Shown here: positions 1 through 8,683 of the stretch, piece after piece
Position numbering within the stretch: the stretch's first letter is position 1
Layout: each line of letters opens with the position of its first letter
Virus record (IMG/VR): IMGVR_UViG_3300037762_000162
Span: 1-51,258 of that record
DNA: 51,258 bases
Reading direction: 5' to 3' (one strand)
Origin: a virus
Lineage: Duplodnaviria > Caudoviricetes
The notes under the pieces: model-generated
Databases searched by the model: none
What the model was told of the DNA's origin: nothing
The model's input: only the letters and a program-made list of their open reading frames with translations
Program-made: the position numbers and the translations under genes

Positions 1-65
1 GTCTCCGAGCCCTTTGTCGGTAAAAAATCATGCCTCTGACCTGCGACGATGCGGCTCTTCACCGC

Positions 66-365
66 TCACCATCGGTTGTAGATGATGGCTCGTCGTATGG
101 CCAGTGACCGCTGCTGTGCCACGTATCCACGTCGTGCGCCCTCGGTGCGGTTGCACTTGCGGTGCGCTGGTCCTCGGTAGCCGAGGCTGCGGTCGGTGTG
201 GTGGGCCAGATCCCATGCTGTGCCGGGTGCTATCCACCTGTCGGGCATGAGGCAGATCTCCTCGCAGCACCAGGCCAGGCCGGCTTCGACGATGGGTGCC
301 CAGTGTCGGCGTGCTGCCCGGTGTCCGTAGCCGTAGCCCCGTGCGCTGGTGCCACCAGGTTTCAT
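66..365 (-). CDS. HNH endonuclease, terminase-associated (HK97 gp74-like)
   Basis: RGYG...C..C...WDLAH...GPAHRKCNR pattern; last gene before the genome end, preceding terminase in the circular map. Confidence 0.8.
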   Translation of the reverse strand: MKPGGTSARGYGYGHRAARRHWAPIVEAGLAWCCEEICLMPDRWIAPGTAWDLAHHTDRSLGYRGPAHRKCNRTEGARRGYVAQQRSLAIRRAIIYNRW

Positions 366-2137
366 GCTGCTTGCCCGGTTGCGCTCGTGCTGGCTTCGAC
401 TGTGCCACCGAGTGAGTCTGCTCCGATGCTGCCTGCGGTGGTGGTGGCGTGTATCTCGACGAGGGCTGGCAGGTATGCCCCGATGACGGTTGCTGCTGGG
501 ACGGTGGCGGTGGCGGCGACGGTGGTTGTTGGGATGACCAGGCTGGTCGACACAGTGGGTGCTGGTATTGCGGCGACCGCTGTCACGGTGGGCGAGGTGA
601 TCTGAGCACCGCCACCAGCTGTCACAGTGACCGCTGGGACGCCCGCAATGGCCGCTACGACGGCCGGTACGACCAAGACGGATAGCTCCACCGTGGGCGC
701 CGGTATATCCGCCACAGCGGCCACCGTGGCCGCTGAGATGGTCGCCCCTGCCGACACTGTGGGGGCCGGTACGTCCGCCACCGCTACGACCACGGCCGCG
801 TTGATGCTGGCCGACCCGCCGGCAGTGACCGCTGGCGCTGGGACGTCGGCGACGGCAGCGACTGTGGCCGGGGCGACCAGTGCGCTGCCACTGACCGTCG
901 GCGCCGGAATGTCCGCGGTTGCGGCAACCCCTGCAGGGGTGATCCCGACGCCGGCGGCAACTGTGACCGTCTCGACGGTAGCAACCGCTGCCACGGTCGA
1001 TGGGGCGACCAGTGCGGAGCCGGTGACGGTGACCGCTGGCACGGCAGCCGTTGCGACCACCACTGCGGCGTCGATGGCCGCCGAGCCGCCCGCCGTGACG
1101 GTCGGTGCCGGTACGTCTGCGACCGCGGCCACCGTCACCGGGGTGACCAGCGCCTCGCCGGTGACGGTCGGGTCCGGGACGGCAGCGACCGCGACGACCG
1201 GGCCGACCTCGATGGTGATGTCGCCACCGAGGGAGGTGGCAAGGACGACCTCGGACCAGTCGGAGACGGTGCGAATCAGGATGGTCACAGCGGGTACGTC
1301 GGCTACTGCGGCGACGGCGACGGCGGTGACCGTTGCCCCAGCTGCGACGGTGACCGCTTCGACGGTGGCTACGGCAGCAACGACTGCCGCCGAGACGCTG
1401 GCGTCGCCGCCGGTGAGCACTGTCGGCGCGGGCACATCCGCGACCGCAGCGACCGTGGCCGGCGTTACAGTGGCGTCACCACCGGCAGCCGCCCCGGTCC
1501 AGGTGTAGTCGGCGTCGCCCCAGGTGGTGACGCTCGAGGCCCACGCCCCAGCCGGGGACGGGATGATCACCGTGACCGCCGGGACATCGGCGACCGCTGC
1601 CACCACGGTCGGGGTCACCGTGGCGTGCGGTTCCAGCGCCGTCACCGACGCACCCGCCGAAGCGGCGTAACTATCCAGGCCGGCAACCCGGATGATGATC
1701 GTGTTACCGGCAGTCACGTCGGCACTGACGATCTGAACGGCGTACTCGATCTCAGTGTGCTGGCTGGTCAGCGCGACATCGGTCGGATTGCCGGTCTCCG
1801 ACCCGGTACCGGCGATGAATCCACCTGCCCCGCCGACACCCAGGTCCGAGGTGGCGGCACCATCGGCGAACTGCGCCGAGTCCACCGCCTTGACGATGGT
1901 CGACGTCGTGGTGACGCTCTGGAATGTGCCGCCGTTGAGATTGGCCTCCAGTTGGCCCGCCACGGTGGCGGCGCCTCCGGCATTCTCCTCAACCGCCAGC
2001 CGCACCCGGAACGTCTCGTCGACATTCTGCGACCACGGCGTGTTCAGGGCGAAGGTGAACGTCGCCGAGTTGAGCGTCTGGCTGTCGTCACGGCCCCGGT
2101 AACCGACCTGCGCCGTGTTCGCAGTGATATGCGTCAT
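362..2137 (-). CDS. Ala/Val/Thr/Pro-rich repeat virion-like protein
   Basis: N-terminal ~170 aa beta-rich domain then about 15 copies of a repeat like ATVTPATVAAVADVPAPTV; ATGA overlaps with both neighbours. Confidence 0.8.
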   Translation of the reverse strand: MTHITANTAQVGYRGRDDSQTLNSATFTFALNTPWSQNVDETFRVRLAVEENAGGAATVAGQLEANLNGGTFQSVTTTSTIVKAVDSAQFADGAATSDLGVGGAGGFIAGTGSETGNPTDVALTSQHTEIEYAVQIVSADVTAGNTIIIRVAGLDSYAASAGASVTALEPHATVTPTVVAAVADVPAVTVIIPSPAGAWASSVTTWGDADYTWTGAAAGGDATVTPATVAAVADVPAPTVLTGGDASVSAAVVAAVATVEAVTVAAGATVTAVAVAAVADVPAVTILIRTVSDWSEVVLATSLGGDITIEVGPVVAVAAVPDPTVTGEALVTPVTVAAVADVPAPTVTAGGSAAIDAAVVVATAAVPAVTVTGSALVAPSTVAAVATVETVTVAAGVGITPAGVAATADIPAPTVSGSALVAPATVAAVADVPAPAVTAGGSASINAAVVVAVADVPAPTVSAGATISAATVAAVADIPAPTVELSVLVVPAVVAAIAGVPAVTVTAGGGAQITSPTVTAVAAIPAPTVSTSLVIPTTTVAATATVPAATVIGAYLPALVEIHATTTAGSIGADSLGGTVEASTSATGQAA

Positions 2138-2466
2138 CGGCGCGGCCTCCTGACCAACTCAGGATCAGCCAGAGCCCGGTCCACAATCGCCTGATGCTCG
2201 GCGTTGCCGATGGTCCGCCCGAACAGGACCCGCTTGTCCCCGGGCCGACTCAGGTAGTCAAACAGGCCGAACAGATCTCCGCCGAACCAGTCCGGGTCGT
2301 CCCACCAGTAGTAGTCGAATCGGTGGACCGCGTAGCGTCCGAGTTGGCTGTGCGGGTCGTCGTCCCGGCAGATGATGATCTGCACGTTCAACGCCGGGGC
2401 CTGTGATGGCAGGCCGTCCTCGTCGGAGAATGTGAATAGATCTCCGTAGTAGATCCGCCACCGCAT
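2134..2466 (-). CDS. Hypothetical protein (MRWRIYYGD...)
   Basis: Protein-like composition from ATG at 2466; stop overlaps next start; the longer ORF in the track is antisense to the HNH gene. Confidence 0.75.
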   Translation of the reverse strand: MRWRIYYGDLFTFSDEDGLPSQAPALNVQIIICRDDDPHSQLGRYAVHRFDYYWWDDPDWFGGDLFGLFDYLSRPGDKRVLFGRTIGNAEHQAIVDRALADPELVRRPRR

Positions 2467-2497
2467 CAGGCGGCGTCCACGGCCCGTACCCGTATGA

Positions 2498-2503
2498 CAT
2501 AAT
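2498..2503 (+). promoter_or_regulatory. -10 element (CATAAT) for probable leaderless HNH transcript
   Basis: CATAAT-5 nt-ATG at 2509, no Shine-Dalgarno; same geometry as at 7061. Confidence 0.5.
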
Positions 2504-2508
2504 GGGCT

Positions 2509-2973
2509 ATGCCCCAGGGACAATGGCTTCGGAACGCCACCGCGCCGGAACGGTTCCGCGCCATTATCGGCACCCCTCCCGCAGGCGAGTGCTGGATCTG
2601 GCCCAACGCCAAGAGCAGCATCGGCTACGGCATCTTCATGTGGAACGGGCGTCAAGGCCCCGTTCACCGCTTCGCATACGAGACGTTCCGCGGCCCGATC
2701 CCTGACGGGTTGCTTGTCTGCCATACCTGCGATGTGCGCGCCTGCGTGAACCCCGAACACCTCTTCCTCGGAACGCAGGCCGACAACATGCGCGATGCTG
2801 CGCGCAAGGGCCGCAACCCCATGACGCAGAAGACTCATTGCCCTCGCGGGCATCCGTACATACCAAAGAACACTCGTCTAAGCCGCGACGGCAAGCGCAA
2901 TTGCCGCACCTGCGGCCGTATCCGTGATCGGAAGCGCCGAGCCAATCAAGCAGCGACGGCACGAATTCTATAG
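2509..2973 (+). CDS. Free-standing HNH homing endonuclease
   Basis: CWIW...GYG...HRFAY...[22 protein letters not shown] motif plus C-terminal THCPRGH...RNCRTC zinc module; antisense to flanking operon. Confidence 0.92.
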   Translation: MPQGQWLRNATAPERFRAIIGTPPAGECWIWPNAKSSIGYGIFMWNGRQGPVHRFAYETFRGPIPDGLLVCHTCDVRACVNPEHLFLGTQADNMRDAARKGRNPMTQKTHCPRGHPYIPKNTRLSRDGKRNCRTCGRIRDRKRRANQAATARIL

Positions 2974-4088
2974 GCGTACTCGACGCCCGGCTGGATGTCG
3001 ATGTCGTCGTAGGTAGCGCTGGGATGGTCGAACACGATGACCTGTCCGTCGCGTTCAATGTCATACCCGGAAGCACCGAGCACCGGGTTCCACGCGAGCT
3101 CGATCCGGCCGACCACCGCTGGGACGGCGACCAGACCGGTCGGCGGCCCCCACAGCGCCGGCGCCGGAACCGCAGCGACCGCGGCCACCGGGTTCGGCAG
3201 CAGAGTCGCGGACACATCGGTGGTGGCACCGAAGCCGAGCACGTCCACTGAGCCGACGAACGACTCGCCCACCACGAACGCCGCTGGCTGCCCGCCGGTG
3301 GTGACGACCACCAGGCCGACCGTGGCGAGCGCGGTGACCGTCGCCGGGATGACCGTGGCGTCCGTGCCAGCGGCCGGTTCAACAACCCGCAGGAACACAA
3401 CCGAGCCCTGCGCCGACCCGGTCGCCCCGGAGGTGCCGGTGGCGGTATACGACGGCGCCCCGGACGACGTGCCGGTGGTGATGTCGGCGGTGTAGATATA
3501 GCAGCGGCCGTCCAGACCCTGCGTCGTGGACTGGTTGACCCGGGCGGTCAGGTTCGCCACCGTGCAGCCGGGGATCGACAGCACCGGCGAGGTGTGAGCT
3601 CCGGCGTCGGTCGGGACCATCACCACGGCCACGGCCCAGTCACCGACCGCGAAGTTCAGGTTCGCCGGGGCGGCGGCCAGGAACGACGTGGTGCCGGTGG
3701 CACTGTCGAACCCGGTGGTGGCCGACACGGTCCACGCGCCGGTGTTCTCCTTGCCCAGCCCGATCATGGCGCCGATCTGCGGGGTGTAGTACGCGCTCCA
3801 CGTGAACGTCGGCGCACCGTCACCGGCGACCATCGTCCGGGTGAACGCCCCCGCCCGCACCGACCCACCGTCGCCGGTGTTCGCCACCGTGCCATTGGTC
3901 ACCGTGGCCTGGGCGTCGAACTCCGCGGGCGGCGACGGCTCGGCGGAGAACGGCTTGTTACCCGCGCCGACGATCAGCAGGTCGTCCTCGACCACCCCGG
4001 CCGGCAACCCGTAGGAGGTGTTGCCGATCGGGCCGCTGGTGTCGGCGGTGGCGCTGGCCGCACCGGCTGCCACGAAGCTGATCGCCAC
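2946..4088 (-). CDS. Virion-like protein with C-terminal fibronectin type III domain
   Basis: PPTGL...[19 protein letters not shown]...YAYRIRAV is FN3-like; carries two copies of the repeat of 362-2137. Confidence 0.8.
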   Translation of the reverse strand: MAISFVAAGAASATADTSGPIGNTSYGLPAGVVEDDLLIVGAGNKPFSAEPSPPAEFDAQATVTNGTVANTGDGGSVRAGAFTRTMVAGDGAPTFTWSAYYTPQIGAMIGLGKENTGAWTVSATTGFDSATGTTSFLAAAPANLNFAVGDWAVAVVMVPTDAGAHTSPVLSIPGCTVANLTARVNQSTTQGLDGRCYIYTADITTGTSSGAPSYTATGTSGATGSAQGSVVFLRVVEPAAGTDATVIPATVTALATVGLVVVTTGGQPAAFVVGESFVGSVDVLGFGATTDVSATLLPNPVAAVAAVPAPALWGPPTGLVAVPAVVGRIELAWNPVLGASGYDIERDGQVIVFDHPSATYDDIDIQPGVEYAYRIRAVAA

Positions 4089-4100
4089 CGCGGCCCCCGA

Positions 4101-5687
4101 TCAGGTCGTGTTCTGCCAGACCCGCGGATACCGGCTGGCGGTCACACCCCCGCCGGAGAACCGGTGAGTCAGGGTCTGGTACTCGTCGCCGGTGCCTTCC
4201 GATCCGCCCTGGGCTATCCCACAGTTCCCGTATGGGATCTTGTGCCCGGTGGTCGCCGACCCGTCGCCGTTGAACCCGAACAGGTTGCGGCCGTTGAAGT
4301 TCAGCCGCGCCTTCCGCTGGTCGTTCGTGGTGCCACCGTCCATCTGGATCAGCGACTGCGACGGCGACGACCCGGTGGTGCCGAGGATCTGGCAGCTGGT
4401 CATCGCGATCTTGTGCTGGACGATGACCTCGTTGGTGTCGATGGTGCAGCGGATGATGCCCCGCTTGCCGGCTTCTTCGGTGGCCCCGGCGATGGTCTCC
4501 AGCAGCGCACCCGACTCCCAGTGGATGGTGTCCATGTGGCACATCACCTGGTGAGTGTTCGCGGTGCCCGCCAGGGCGTGGACCCCGGCGTCGAAGTGGG
4601 CGAATCCGTTGCCGCCGGGGCCGACGTCGTAGGTGACGTCGCGGATGGACAGGAATGACTGTCCGGCGATCTTCATGTAGAGGGCGTAACCGGAGATGTA
4701 GTCCCACCGGCCGCCGCGGATCCAGAAGTTGGTCGCGCCGATGCCTTCGCAGGAGATGGCGTTACCGGCGAACCCACCCATGTGGACTTCGTCGAGGCCG
4801 GTGCCGGAGTCGATCTTCGCCCCATTGACGCCGGACGGGCCGAACCGGATGGCAGTGTTCGCCGGTGTCGGCCCGGCGGCGAACCGCACGTTGCGGAACA
4901 GCGCCGCCTGGAGATTGTTACCGGACGCCTCGCTGTTGAACATCAACCCGCCGCCGGCGCCGCCCCACACGATGTTGGGCAGGTTCACCACCTGGTTGCC
5001 GCCGATTGCGCCGACACCCCACGTCCACACCGAGTTTTTCGTCAGGTCCGGCTGGCATTCGATGGTGTCGGTGATCTGGTAGGTGCGGCCGCCGGGGAAC
5101 ACCACCACACCGAACCCGCCGGCCTGTTGCGCCGCCGTATACGCGGCCTGAATGGCCACGGTGTCGTCGGTGCCGCCGCCGGAGTTGTGGTGCGAGTCGC
5201 CGACCGCGCCGTACTCGAGCACGTTGTGCGCCTGGAAATCGGACGACGGGATGGTCAGCCGCTTGTCGGTGATCTGGTTGGCGGCGATGGTCGACCCGGA
5301 GGTGTGCCCGTTGGGCACGTACACGTCGGCGATGACGGTCCGCGAGCTCGGGATGGCCGGCATCAGCGGCACCGCGCCGGGGGTGCCGACGACACTGGAC
5401 TTCGCCCCGGTGGCGTCGACGGTGACTAGGTCCCGGCGGGGGTTCCCGGAGGAGTTGGAGGTGATGGCCACGTTCCCAGCGGCGACGTTGACGTATACCC
5501 CGTCGACGACTCCCAAGCCGGCAGCCACGGCCACCGACCCGTTCGCTGCGCCGGTTGGGGTGACCCCACAGCCGGAGGCCACTCCGGAGCGGGAGTTCCC
5601 GGCTGCGAGGATCGCCACGTCGGTGGAGTTGACCATCGCCTGCGCGGTGAACCCGGCGTCGCCGACATTCGGGATGGTGAACGGCAC
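4101..5687 (-). CDS. Tailspike/depolymerase-like beta-helix protein (pectate_lyase_3-like)
   Basis: NVLEYGAVGD...DDTVAIQAA...VVVFPGGRTYQITDTI start-of-beta-helix signature. Confidence 0.8.
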   Translation of the reverse strand: MPFTIPNVGDAGFTAQAMVNSTDVAILAAGNSRSGVASGCGVTPTGAANGSVAVAAGLGVVDGVYVNVAAGNVAITSNSSGNPRRDLVTVDATGAKSSVVGTPGAVPLMPAIPSSRTVIADVYVPNGHTSGSTIAANQITDKRLTIPSSDFQAHNVLEYGAVGDSHHNSGGGTDDTVAIQAAYTAAQQAGGFGVVVFPGGRTYQITDTIECQPDLTKNSVWTWGVGAIGGNQVVNLPNIVWGGAGGGLMFNSEASGNNLQAALFRNVRFAAGPTPANTAIRFGPSGVNGAKIDSGTGLDEVHMGGFAGNAISCEGIGATNFWIRGGRWDYISGYALYMKIAGQSFLSIRDVTYDVGPGGNGFAHFDAGVHALAGTANTHQVMCHMDTIHWESGALLETIAGATEEAGKRGIIRCTIDTNEVIVQHKIAMTSCQILGTTGSSPSQSLIQMDGGTTNDQRKARLNFNGRNLFGFNGDGSATTGHKIPYGNCGIAQGGSEGTGDEYQTLTHRFSGGGVTASRYPRVWQNTT

Positions 5688-5696
5688 GACGCCTCC

Positions 5697-6359
5697 TCAG
5701 CCGATCTGGAAGAACACCCGGTCGAGCCCGTTGATGGGCGTCCGGGTCGACGTGAACGTGCCCGGTGCCGAGGTCTGACCGGTCTGGATGTAACCGGACC
5801 ACACGACATTGGACGACACGATCGTCGTCGTGCCGACGCCGTACAGGCCACCGTTGCAGCCGGCCACAACAGACGTGTTGGTCAGTGTCAGTGTGCCGAT
5901 CCAGCGGACCCCGCCGACCGCCTCTGCCGAGAACGTCTCCGACTTCACCCCGGTTGTCGTGGTGTCCAACGCCGAGGTCGCCTTCTGCAACGTCGTCGGA
6001 AACGAGCTCGTCCCGTCGTCGTTGTAAATCAGCAGCGTCTTCGTCGCACCAGCCGCCCCGCCGGTGAAGACGTTGATTCCCAACCCGGTGCAGGTAGTCC
6101 CGGGCGGAAAGTCCATCCGGAACAGCCGCACATCGCCGACCTGGTTGGTCTGGGATGAGACTCCCGACACGAACGGCTCCGAGTACCACAACCCGGAGCC
6201 GAACTGGTGGCGCAGCCCGCCGCTCAGGGTGGCCAGGGCGACGATCTCGTCGGCCTGCTTCTGCTCCAACGTCACATGAGACGGTCCGTCCATCGGATCG
6301 GTGGCGGTGCCGACCATGCTGGCGAAATCCGGGACAGCACCCGGATACTGAGCAGCCAC
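5697..6359 (-). CDS. Putative fibre/minor virion protein
   Basis: Short N-terminal helical segment followed by Gly/Thr-rich beta domain; within the virion-like block. Confidence 0.65.
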   Translation of the reverse strand: MAAQYPGAVPDFASMVGTATDPMDGPSHVTLEQKQADEIVALATLSGGLRHQFGSGLWYSEPFVSGVSSQTNQVGDVRLFRMDFPPGTTCTGLGINVFTGGAAGATKTLLIYNDDGTSSFPTTLQKATSALDTTTTGVKSETFSAEAVGGVRWIGTLTLTNTSVVAGCNGGLYGVGTTTIVSSNVVWSGYIQTGQTSAPGTFTSTRTPINGLDRVFFQIG

Positions 6360-6362
6360 CGG

Positions 6363-6566
6363 TCACCCTCCCGTCAACGTGCCGCCGACCATGTCCAGGC
6401 CGCCGACGAAGGACTGGCCGACGAAGAATGCCTGCCCGGTCGGCGGCTGGGTTGGCGTCGGGCTGGGGCTTGGGCTTGGGCTGGGGCCGTGGTTGTGGCC
6501 GGGCCGGTGGTGCGTGATGACGATCCCGGCAGCGGCGATCAGGAACGACCGCCGGGTGACGGTCAA
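6363..6566 (-). CDS. Small protein with twin-arginine-like motif and Pro/Ser linker
   Basis: TTG start overlapping upstream TGA; [14 protein letters not shown]...PSPSPSPSPTPT...FFVGQSFVGGLDMVG. Confidence 0.6.
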   Translation of the reverse strand: MTVTRRSFLIAAAGIVITHHRPGHNHGPSPSPSPSPTPTQPPTGQAFFVGQSFVGGLDMVGGTLTGG

Positions 6567-7039
6567 GGCGTCCAATCCACCGTGCCGACGCCAGCGGCGG
6601 CGAACTGCACCCCGAACGTGCCGTTTGTCGTGGCGAAGTCGGACACGAAGTTGATGAGCAGGATCAGCGCATCCGCCGTCGGCGTCGTCAACGCCTCGGC
6701 GTAGGCGCGCATCGCCCGGACCCCGGACAGCGTCGTCGACGCCTTCGACAGGTCCGTCATGTCCCACTTCATCGTCCCGGTCGGGGAGACGGTCAGAGTC
6801 GGCGCCATGGATGTGTCACCCGCCGCGCCAGCGGAGAACAGCACCCCGCCGGTCGCCCAGCCGGTGCCGGTGACCTCGTTGGTGTTGTCCCAGGTCACGT
6901 CGGTGTCGAAGTTCGGCGTAGCCGCATTCGACAGCAACGCCCACTTGTGCGTGACCAGGATCAGGTCCAGACCGACGTTCGTCGTGTCCAGCTCATCGAT
7001 GAAGTTCTGAACGTAGAAGCCCGAGGCCGTAATCGACAC
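6563..7039 (-). CDS. Putative minor virion structural protein (158 aa)
   Basis: GTG start after GAAAGGA; K.AL...[11 protein letters not shown]...WD..D...INF..D..TTNGTF.VQF pattern recalls a widespread small phage structural family. Confidence 0.7.
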   Translation of the reverse strand: MSITASGFYVQNFIDELDTTNVGLDLILVTHKWALLSNAATPNFDTDVTWDNTNEVTGTGWATGGVLFSAGAAGDTSMAPTLTVSPTGTMKWDMTDLSKASTTLSGVRAMRAYAEALTTPTADALILLINFVSDFATTNGTFGVQFAAAGVGTVDWTP

Positions 7040-7060
7040 GGTGCCACTGGTCCTTTCGTA

Positions 7061-7066
7061 TAGAAT
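7061..7066 (+). promoter_or_regulatory. -10 element (TAGAAT) for probable leaderless HNH transcript
   Basis: TAGAAT-5 nt-ATG at 7072 in an AT-rich patch. Confidence 0.55.
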
Positions 7067-7071
7067 TAAGC

Positions 7072-7758
7072 ATGACCGATGACACATGCGCCATCGAAAG
7101 CTGCGGCAAGACCCGCGTGGCATTAGGGCTCTGTCGCACTGACTACGCCCGTTATCGGCGAGGGAAGTTCCCCGATTTCGAACCCATCCGAAGCAACACG
7201 GGATACACCTACACACACCGGCGACCAGCGACCGGGCCATGCGTTTTCGACGGATGCGATCGGCCTGCCCGCGCCCGTGGATTATGCGATGGACATGTCC
7301 AGCAAGACCGCTTCGGGATCCCGCTGCGGCCGATCCGCAACTCCTCAGAAGCGCGAGGTTGCCAAGTATCGGACTGTGACAGGCCACATGAAGCTCACGG
7401 CTACTGCTCAACGCATTACACGTACGCCGTAGGGCGGGCGGAAATTGCCACAGCCTCAGGCAACAACCGCAAGCGAGTGATCAACAGCAGCGGCTACGCG
7501 ATGTTTTTCATGCCTGGACATCCGCATGCCTGGAAGACCGGGTATGTACCCGAGCATCAGGCCGTGATGGCCGCGATCCTTGGCCGGAGTTTGCTTCCTG
7601 GCGAGAACGTCCACCACAAGAACGGCGTCCGCGACGACAACCGCCCCGAGAATCTTGAATTGTGGATCACGAAACAACCGAAGGGGCAACGCATGGTCGA
7701 TGCTGTTGCATGGGCGAAGGAGATCCTCGCCCGGTACGAACCCGAGGCCCTTGCCTAG
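7072..7758 (+). CDS. Free-standing HNH endonuclease with three N-terminal Cys/His zinc modules
   Basis: Three C-x4-C...G.C..(H/D) repeats; EH..VM...[26 protein letters not shown]. Confidence 0.92.
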   Translation: MTDDTCAIESCGKTRVALGLCRTDYARYRRGKFPDFEPIRSNTGYTYTHRRPATGPCVFDGCDRPARARGLCDGHVQQDRFGIPLRPIRNSSEARGCQVSDCDRPHEAHGYCSTHYTYAVGRAEIATASGNNRKRVINSSGYAMFFMPGHPHAWKTGYVPEHQAVMAAILGRSLLPGENVHHKNGVRDDNRPENLELWITKQPKGQRMVDAVAWAKEILARYEPEALA

Positions 7759-7765
7759 CTCCTGT

Positions 7766-8101
7766 TCAGCGGTTGATGCGGTGGTCGAGACGGGCCGCAA
7801 CCAGCTCGTCGCGGGCGGCGTGGTAGGCATCCCGGTTGGCTAGCGACCGGTCCTCCAGGTACGCCTGCTGTGCGGCCACGTACGCCGCCGAGGCGTCGAT
7901 GATGTCCCCGGAGATGTAGTCCGACACGTGACGCGACGTGTCGTCCGGGCCGTTCGGACCGGCCGGCGGGTCCTCATCGAGCAGCGCCCGCGCGTCGTCC
8001 TGCTTGTACGGGAAGTGCTCGTCCGGGTCGTTGAGCCGCGCCTGGGCGAGCAGCGCCTGCGCTTCGGCCACCGCATCGGCGTAGCTGGGGATCTTGGCCA
8101 T
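7766..8101 (-). CDS. Hypothetical protein
   Basis: Helical acidic protein, TGATG-coupled to the upstream gene. Confidence 0.7.
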   Translation of the reverse strand: MAKIPSYADAVAEAQALLAQARLNDPDEHFPYKQDDARALLDEDPPAGPNGPDDTSRHVSDYISGDIIDASAAYVAAQQAYLEDRSLANRDAYHAARDELVAARLDHRINR

Positions 8102-8328
8102 CACACGTTCTCCACTCGTCCGGTCTTGCGGTCCCCGCGCAGCCGCACGGGCTCCTTCATCCGCACCATCACGTCCTGCCGTTCGTGCCAGTGCTCGGTC
8201 GTGTCGATCGCCTGCGACTTGTCGTCGGCGGTCGTCGTCTTCGTCAACGCACGCCGGTCCGGGTCCAGCACCCGCAGCGACCGGTAATGCTCGGCCTGGG
8301 TGTCACAACAGCCGCGGGCGCAGGCCAT
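8101..8328 (-). CDS. Hypothetical protein
   Basis: Coupled ORF, N-terminal CxxxCC..H cluster. Confidence 0.7.
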   Translation of the reverse strand: MACARGCCDTQAEHYRSLRVLDPDRRALTKTTTADDKSQAIDTTEHWHERQDVMVRMKEPVRLRGDRKTGRVENV

Positions 8329-8474
8329 CAGAACGCGGGTAGCACACCGAAGGTGAACACGGCGAGGGCGAGCCCTGCCCAGCCGAGGGCTACCCGGGTG
8401 CCGACGCCGAGGGCGGCGAGCACGAGCAGCACGACGGCGATGACGTACAGCACGACCTCGAGAGTGATGGTCAC
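8328..8474 (-). CDS. Small two-TM membrane protein (48 aa)
   Basis: Hand translation MTITLEVVLYVIAVVLLVLAALGVGTRVALGWAGLALAVFTFGVLPAF; GAGGAG RBS; overlaps both neighbours. Confidence 0.75.
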   Translation of the reverse strand: MTITLEVVLYVIAVVLLVLAALGVGTRVALGWAGLALAVFTFGVLPAF

Positions 8475-8650
8475 AGCTGCTCCTCGTGTGTGGGATGCAC
8501 TTCCGTCACGATGGGCGCACCGGCTTGGTTCTCGGTAAACGGCCAGCCACGCTCAATGGTCACGTGGCTTTCAAGACAGCGCAGGTATGGGCCGATGGTG
8601 TCGTAGACCTGGCCGCATCCTTCGCAGACGTGGACGCCGATGGCGCGCAT
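8471..8650 (-). CDS. Small CxxC protein (59 aa)
   Basis: Hand translation MRAIGVHVCEGCGQVYDTIGPYLRCLESH...; stop overlaps next GTG. Confidence 0.55.
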   Translation of the reverse strand: MRAIGVHVCEGCGQVYDTIGPYLRCLESHVTIERGWPFTENQAGAPIVTEVHPTHEEQL

Positions 8651-8683
8651 GTCAGTGCTGGAAGTCGCCCTTGTCGGCGTTGG

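Noticed and set aside
627-1508. Long + strand Ala/Thr ORF
   Set aside because: Antisense shadow of the repeat protein; no RBS and no independent motif
2467-2973. Group I intron interpretation of the HNH insert
   Set aside because: HNH is antisense, almost no non-coding space for a ribozyme core, and no U/G splice junction restores the frame
362-7039. Diversity-generating retroelement or invertible fibre cassette
   Set aside because: No reverse transcriptase or invertase, no template/variable repeat pair seen; the flanking inverted 9-mer is short and better explained as -10 elements
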